Assembly: GCA_032718475.1 (NCBI GenBank) | Contig: JAUCBJ010007234.1 | Location: 26,099 to 90,098 of the forward strand | Direction: 5' to 3' | Source: Nemertoderma westbladi | Taxonomy: Eukaryota; Animalia; Xenacoelomorpha | Length of the DNA stretch: 64,000 nucleotides | Shown here: positions 57,907 through 64,000 of the stretch, piece by piece | How positions within the stretch are numbered: position 1 is the first letter of the stretch | Layout: every line of letters starts with the position of its first letter | The notes under the pieces: model-generated | The model's database searches: none | Seen by the model: the letters and a program-made list of their open reading frames with translations, nothing else | Told to the model about the DNA's origin: nothing | Program-made: the position numbers and the translations under genes

Positions 57907-58227
57907 TTAATAATTTACTTTCATCAACCCGAATACATAATATATATTATATTTATTTTTTAAATGCTTCTTCATGTTCTTTATGAAATCATCTGGCGAA
58001 ATATCACCGTAATTCCATGGTAAATGTGATGTCATATCGCGTAAATTGTTTATATAGGCTATACCTAATGCCGATAAGTTAATATCTGGCGGTGCTTTAA
58101 TTAAAAATGTCTTTATATTAGTTTTACTGTATTTAGAATCAAATATAGCAAATTCTTTAAATACTATCGGATATTCCTTATTGTCTATCCTATAATATTG
58201 AAAAGCAACAAAAATAACATTATACAT
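57907..58227 (-). CDS. Polinton small accessory protein (KEFA..LPWNYG..YVFG motif family), function unknown
   Basis: Motif pattern typical of Polinton-associated small ORFs; recognised by pattern only. Confidence 0.45.
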   Translation of the reverse strand: MYNVIFVAFQYYRIDNKEYPIVFKEFAIFDSKYSKTNIKTFLIKAPPDINLSALGIAYINNLRDMTSHLPWNYGDISPDDFIKNMKKHLKNKYNIYYVFGLMKVNY

Positions 58228-58289
58228 TTTATCAAATAATAATAATGATGTTTTTAAATAAACAAAAGTTAAATGTTTAATTACAACGC

Positions 58290-58870
58290 TTATTGGTTTA
58301 TTTTATAATAATTAACCAGCCATTTATATAATATTATTTCATTTATTTCCACATTTCCACTTTCAGTATCAAAATCAATCGTCAATCCGCTTACAAATTG
58401 CATTTGTTTACTAAAAGCGTCGGCAATAGGGTGCGCACCAGGATTAATTTCATTTCTGTGTTCGGTTAAAGGCTGTTGAAAGCCTACTGCCCCCAGCAGT
58501 CCATTTTTACTTTCATATGTAGTAAAAAGTAAATTGGATAAGTACAACTTGTAGAAAGAATGGTTATTGCTATTCTCAACCTGCTTCTCATTGAGGTCTA
58601 TTTTAATATCACTCCACATAGTTCCTGAGGGGTAATTCAACATATGAATGTGGGAGTTTTCCAACCATCTATCCCAGCGTACAGTACATTTTGTAATTAT
58701 AACGCATCTTGCAGTTTCGTATAAAATTCATTCGAGCGTGGTATTAAAAAAGTTACTTCACGCGACTCACTTCTGAGACTAGATACTGGGTAAATTGTTT
58801 AATAATGCTTTGCTTTAAATTCAGTTTGTATTGGCTGCGTAGAAAATAAATCTAATTCTCTAATAATCGA
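58290..58870 (-). pseudogene. Polinton major capsid protein (double jelly-roll), N-terminal part, degraded
   Basis: LELDLFSTQPIQT..IYP..VTFLIP..SNEFY; MWSDIKIDLNEKQVENSNNHSFYKLYLSNLL..ESKNGLL. Confidence 0.75.
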
Positions 58871-58937
58871 TATTATTAAAAAATACTTTTTTCGCAGTGG
58901 TTGAGTTTACCTTTTTTTTTATTTTTCTATTTTTACC

Positions 58938-59437
58938 TCAATGAGGTATGTTCATAGACATTGGTTTAGCTGGTCGCTTTAAATCTCTATAAACTTTTTC
59001 TACAACCGATCTTGTTGATGGTTTCATTTTATTTAATGCTTTATTAATAACCGTATTAGCCTGCTGATGTAAGACCCACTTACCTTTTGGTATTACGTGT
59101 TGTCTCATAAATTTTGTGGTAAATGGTAAAGCTTTTTGTATAACCTTTTTTGCTAATGGCTTTCCAAACTTCTTTAATATAGATAAAGCATCTGTAAGTA
59201 TTCCTTCCCTGTGTTGATTTGATGCATACCTCTCCGATAACGCTGAAATCGTCATTATTTTGAGTTTGGACCAAATGTACCATTTTATTGCCCGTAAAGG
59301 TCTATATATGAACCCCTTCGAAACACAGGAACTTGCGTTGACCCTCTCGTTGTTCTACCACCTTTAAAAATGGCAAGATTAGAGTCTGCACCTCCATATT
59401 GCGGTTTACTGTATCTTTGAAATAAATCGGAATCCAT
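58938..59437 (-). pseudogene. Putative Polinton core (virion) protein
   Basis: QYGG..IFKGGR and QHREGIL..basic amphipathic segments resembling protease-site-bearing core proteins; lies between the capsid genes. Confidence 0.5.
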
Positions 59438-59461
59438 TTAAATAATAATAATAAAGACTAA

Positions 59462-60303
59462 TTTATTTTCCTAAAGTGTAAAGTAATCAAAGTCCCGTAA
59501 TCAAAATTTAAATCTTTTCCTTCTTTGTCTGTTATTTAAATATGAATGTAAGTTATCCTATATGATTTTTTTACTGGGATATAATGAAAAGTATCCTTAG
59601 CAAATTCTTGATTTATTACCATGCCTTATTTCACATCATTAGGTATCGCCACACAACGAAGTAAAGCTAAACCAAAATCATTAATATATTCATTTTCAAT
59701 TATATTAGTAGTCACGTACATGTTTGACTTAGGTTCTGGAATAGAATTGGGTGGTTGAGGACATAAAAATACCATTTGGTAAGTTTTTTCTTCATTTCCG
59801 ATAATTGTTATTAAATAACCCTTTATATTATTTTTCGTCTTCAAAATAATTTTAAAATTTGGATTTAAATCCCCTCCGAGATTATTTTCTGTAATTACAA
59901 AATAATAGGCTAATTGTTGTCATATAAATAATTCACGTACAGTTTTCCATAAAATAAATTGCAATCTATTTTGCTGAGTATTTTCAACTATTTGTAATTT
60001 ATCTTTCAACGCGCCTGTGTTAAAATAATCTATAATTTCATTAATACTGTAGAATCAACCGGATAATGGTAGTGTATCCTCAAAGTTTTTTTTCCATTTT
60101 TTTATTAAAATAACATTCTCTATATTGTTATACATGGATGGTAACGTGGCTAAATAAAAAATACTTTTTATACCAACCACCCAGTTTTCGTTTGGATTTA
60201 TAGGTAAGGCGTCATGTAAATTGATTTGATAATTACTATTAGTATTACACGGAAAATCAGTTGGGCAAGAATTACTCGGTAGTCTAACATAGAATTCATC
60301 CAT
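59462..60303 (-). pseudogene. Polinton minor capsid (penton) protein, fragmented
   Basis: FYVRLPSNS..FPCNTNSNYQINL..WVVGIKSIFY; MYVTTNIIE..LLRCV; HYIPV..ITDKEG..ITLHFRK. Confidence 0.8.
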
Positions 60304-61109
60304 CGCTGCGGATTAACTTAAGTGTTACAACAGTGCGACCACTGTTGAAATTAATTAATTATCTTCGACCGTCACGTAAAGTAATTAAGATCATTTTTAG
60401 TTTTTTATTCAACAATGGATAATCACGTTCATGGTCATGTTCATTGCTTCTACAGTATATGCGAGGGATCAATATTTTACTAGCTTCATTTAAAGCGAAT
60501 GAACTATAGATATTAGACTTACTTACAGTATAGTAATATCATTCAAGTTAATTTAATGTAATTTAATTGATATTCGTACATATGAATAAACAATAGACAT
60601 AGTACACGGTACATAGACATATTATTAGTAAAGTAGCACAATATTAATGACGTAGGCCTATGTAATGAATAACTGACAGAACATGCAGTAAATAACACGG
60701 CATCGAACAAAATAATTATAGGCAATAATATAAAGAATATTTAACTAACATGTAGTAATATAATTAAGGATATCAGTAATCTCATCAACATTAAAACCAG
60801 GTATATCAATATTGCTACAACAACAATTAATTAATTACCTACACAATTCTAATTTCCATCTATCAGCTACATCAAAAGGAACGTAGTTCAACTTATTAAC
60901 GTGCATAACATTGATCGAGTTAATGAGAGGTATTTTACACAGATTTGCAATAGAACGTAAATTGCACCCACTTCGCGAACGACAATCATATAAAAATTGA
61001 TGATCATTGATATTGATTAATTATGCATTTAATCTGCGTATTAATTAATATATATGACCATTATTCACTCAATTAATAAATATACAGTATAAGCCTAAAC
61101 TTATTTAAT

Positions 61110-62183
61110 ATGCTGTATCCAGGATTGCTTCTTGGACCCAATAAATGTAACCAAATATTCTCTTTTCCCTTTACAAACACGTTCTTTAAGTTTACCCATA
61201 TTTTCAATCGGATGATAAATATTACTACTTGCATGGACCTTTTGGAGTTCGTATGATTAAAATGAACCATTTATTATAGCTCCAGCGCTGTCCTTATTAT
61301 CAAACATGACTGCCGGCACTCTATCCAATCTGACCCAATGAATAAGAAATAATTCACGAGTCCAATGTTCTCGATAGCCTTTAGCAAAAGCAGTACGAGC
61401 AATAGATAATAGTACTGTATCACCTACTTTAAATTTTATTTTCTTGTGATTAATCTGTCTATATTTCCCATATAATCTATTAATTAATTCAGTTTCATTA
61501 AATTTATTAACTCTGGGCTTCATTTGTATAGTTCTATGAAATGACCTATTATAAGCGAAAATAAGCTTTGGTAAAATTTTTACCCAAACATTTTTCCCGC
61601 GTTGCGTGAAAATTTTGAACATTTTTGTCTTTAATGTTCTATTAAATCTTTCGACTATAGCCGCCTTATTCACAGAGTACATTACGTAATACCATACACC
61701 GATAGTATCTAAATATTTCCTCACAGGTTTATTTAGAAATTCAGATCCTTGATCAGTTGCGATTCTGTTTGGTTTGCCTTTCTGGAATATTTTTTGCAAT
61801 ATACTAATAATTTCAATACCTGTTTTTGTTTTCATACCGTAGGTGAAAGCAAGCCGGCTAAAGGCATCAATACATATTAATATATAGTTATAATTATTAT
61901 TTTGTGATTTATATTGCTGCATATCTACCAGATCTATCATATATATATCTTTTAACCCTCCCGTAAATATTTTAGATGTTGGATAATGATGTCTACGTGG
62001 TGCGTGAAGGGTATATGTCTTTTGTCCGCTTAACCATTTCTGGGCTTGAGATGGTTTGATGTTTGCCACTTTTGCCAATTTTGTGATACTTGCAAAGCCC
62101 GCAGGTGATGAAGGATCTGAATAAATTCTTAACAGTTTTTTGTCTAAACTCCTGTTTAAAATCGGTCTCATCTTGCGTGGCAT
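61110..62183 (-). CDS. Polinton retroviral-type integrase; chromodomain-like tail frameshifted
   Basis: IYSDPSSPAGF; IDLVDM; CIDAFSR; ATDQGSEF; AAIVERFNRTLK; YNRSFHRTIQMKP; FKVGDTV; FAKGYREHWTRELF; downstream REYLVTFIG..SWIQ. Confidence 0.92.
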
Positions 62184-62424
62184 CTTTTCGACAACTGCAA
62201 GTAATATGTATATTTAAATCTCTTATAAAGAGCATCACCGTAAAAACAGCTGAAATTTTTTTATTTTCTTTGAAGTTGATGATTTTCTTTTTCTTTTTGT
62301 ATTTACTCTAGGTATATCTTGAGGTTTTAAAACAGTAGCTAACGGTTTACTCGATACTAAATATAATTTTCTAAATGTTACTTCCATTTTAACTATTATT
62401 ATTATCATTATTACCGTCCATGGT

Positions 62425-62793
62425 TAATTCTTTTTGCAATAGCCACCCCAGTGGCAGCGGCACCAGCCCCCGCAGCGAGTTTCACGCCAATGCCGAGTAG
62501 GGGTATTAGAAACAGAAGTATACCACCAGATTGATTGTTTAACTTTTTTCTGTAACTTGATATATTTTTGTTTTGCAGTTGAGCGATTTTAATACCTTTT
62601 TATAAAGACAAATATTTCTAAATGAATGAGGGGTCAATTGTACGTTACCTTTTAGAACATTTAATGCTCTATTTACAATGAGGCGTATTAATTCGTTACT
62701 CGCGGTATGGTTAATAAAATAAGTTCTTTATTGAGGGGTAGCGCTGCGTAAAAATTCCAATTCGTTACGATATTTCTGCATAAGTCTATTCAT
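62425..62793 (-). pseudogene. Polinton small basic core-like protein
   Basis: ELIRLIVNRALNVLKGNVQLT..KKLNNQSGGILLFLIPLL pattern, with a stop and frameshift. Confidence 0.6.
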
Positions 62794-62816
62794 TGTTGCC
62801 ACATTATTGAAAATTT

Positions 62817-63224
62817 TTACAAATTTTTAATTATTATTATTATTGCTACGTTTATAGTCAATGTAATGAATGTTATGAAACAAATAAATATATTGGAATG
62901 ATGAGCAACCATAGTAAATAATACAGGTAAGGCTGTACTGGACTCGGTTTCTGTTAATAAATCGTTTATAATTAATAAATCTCGACTATTTACTAAACTA
63001 TCTATATTTTCAGGCAAACCTTTGTAAAGGTGAGTAATAACTGGAATAATCGGGGGGTTGCTCCCGTAACAATACAATACTCACAAGGGGGATTCGTTGA
63101 AGCAACCATTCTTGTGTTTGATTAAGTTGCCGACAAGGGTAGATTTACCTGAACCGGATGGTCCAGAAATAATCATACTCGTTCCCATTTGAAAATTTCA
63201 ATTATATGGTCCTGGATTAGCCAT
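62817..63224 (-). pseudogene. Polinton A32/FtsK-family packaging ATPase, degraded
   Basis: Walker A IISGPSGSGKSTLV; VLYCYG; Walker B LLIINDL; LFTMVAHHSNI. Confidence 0.85.
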
Positions 63225-64000
63225 TTCAGCCTGAGTCAGCCATTTATTTTTATTAAGATATATCAACAATATAATATAATATAACATAAAGAACCATCAC
63301 CATTACTATGTATATATGTAACAATTCACAAAAAAAACAGCAATTTACAACAAAAAGTATGTACAACTGTAGTATTAGTATATTTATCATGGCAATCTTT
63401 CTTTCTGCTTTTTTACCTTATTTGAAAAGATTGTGTAATCGTATACCAGCAAGCAATCAACAGACATTGTTTTCGATTTAAATAATGTCCATACCAAGTG
63501 AGATAGCGGTGACATCGTATAAATTCGTTATACTTCTTAGTTTGACATTTATGTTCTATACCACGCCCTTAGCATTTAGTACTGGAAATATGTCTTAGAG
63601 TATGTTCCATCAAAGTGCGAATAACTCTCATACACAAATCATTGCAAAGAATACCTTCATCAAGTTTCAAATAGTACTTTTTTGGTTTTATACCTCTCGA
63701 AGATGATTCATCTTTATATGTCTTAAAGTAAATGTCAAAACTACGCAAATTCTTATTTAATTTTACTATGATATTTTTATGTTCTTCATCAAACAGCCAA
63801 GGTATCATAAATCCGCCTTTTTTCACTATATATCAATAAAAAATATTCTGCGATATTGTAAATAACTCGTTAGGTTCGTTACTTCTTCCTGAAATGTAGA
63901 TAGAATTCCGGAGCTCTTTCCAATAATATGGATTATATAACTTGTTTACTCTGCAAAGTGTCTTTTCTCTACAAAATGGAAAATTTTTAGTACAATCATT

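Larger units (their letters stand above)
56346..64000. mobile_element. Decayed Polinton/Maverick (endogenous adintovirus-like) element, continuing past the window end
   Basis: pPolB, double-jelly-roll capsid, minor capsid, retroviral-type integrase and packaging ATPase remnants clustered in AT-rich DNA. Confidence 0.9.

Overview
Repeat-dense animal (probably aquatic invertebrate) genomic DNA, almost entirely transposable elements. The only recognisable host gene is an intronless CDC42 small effector (CRIB) gene at 10.65-10.95 kb. The first 17 kb holds LINE and Penelope relics (one with a minimal hammerhead ribozyme), two TIR elements with TSDs, and minisatellites. 18-42 kb is a deep nest: a decayed Gypsy element contains a Penelope-like foldback, a 5'-truncated RTE-type LINE and a composite insertion. 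That insertion carries a GalEa-type Copia, which is itself split by a piggyBac MITE and a non-autonomous BEL/Pao element. 42.1-56.3 kb is a near-intact BEL/Pao element with an extra ORF (DEDDy/WRN-like 3'-5' exonuclease plus three CCHC knuckles). 56.3-64 kb is a decayed Polinton/Maverick (pPolB, major and minor capsid, integrase, ATPase). Most interesting: neither BEL element has a tRNA primer-binding site. In both, the bases immediately after the 5' LTR are the reverse complement of a motif inside their own LTR, which suggests tRNA-independent self-priming, possibly linked to the element-encoded exonuclease. All family assignments come from motif recognition by eye; no database searches were run.
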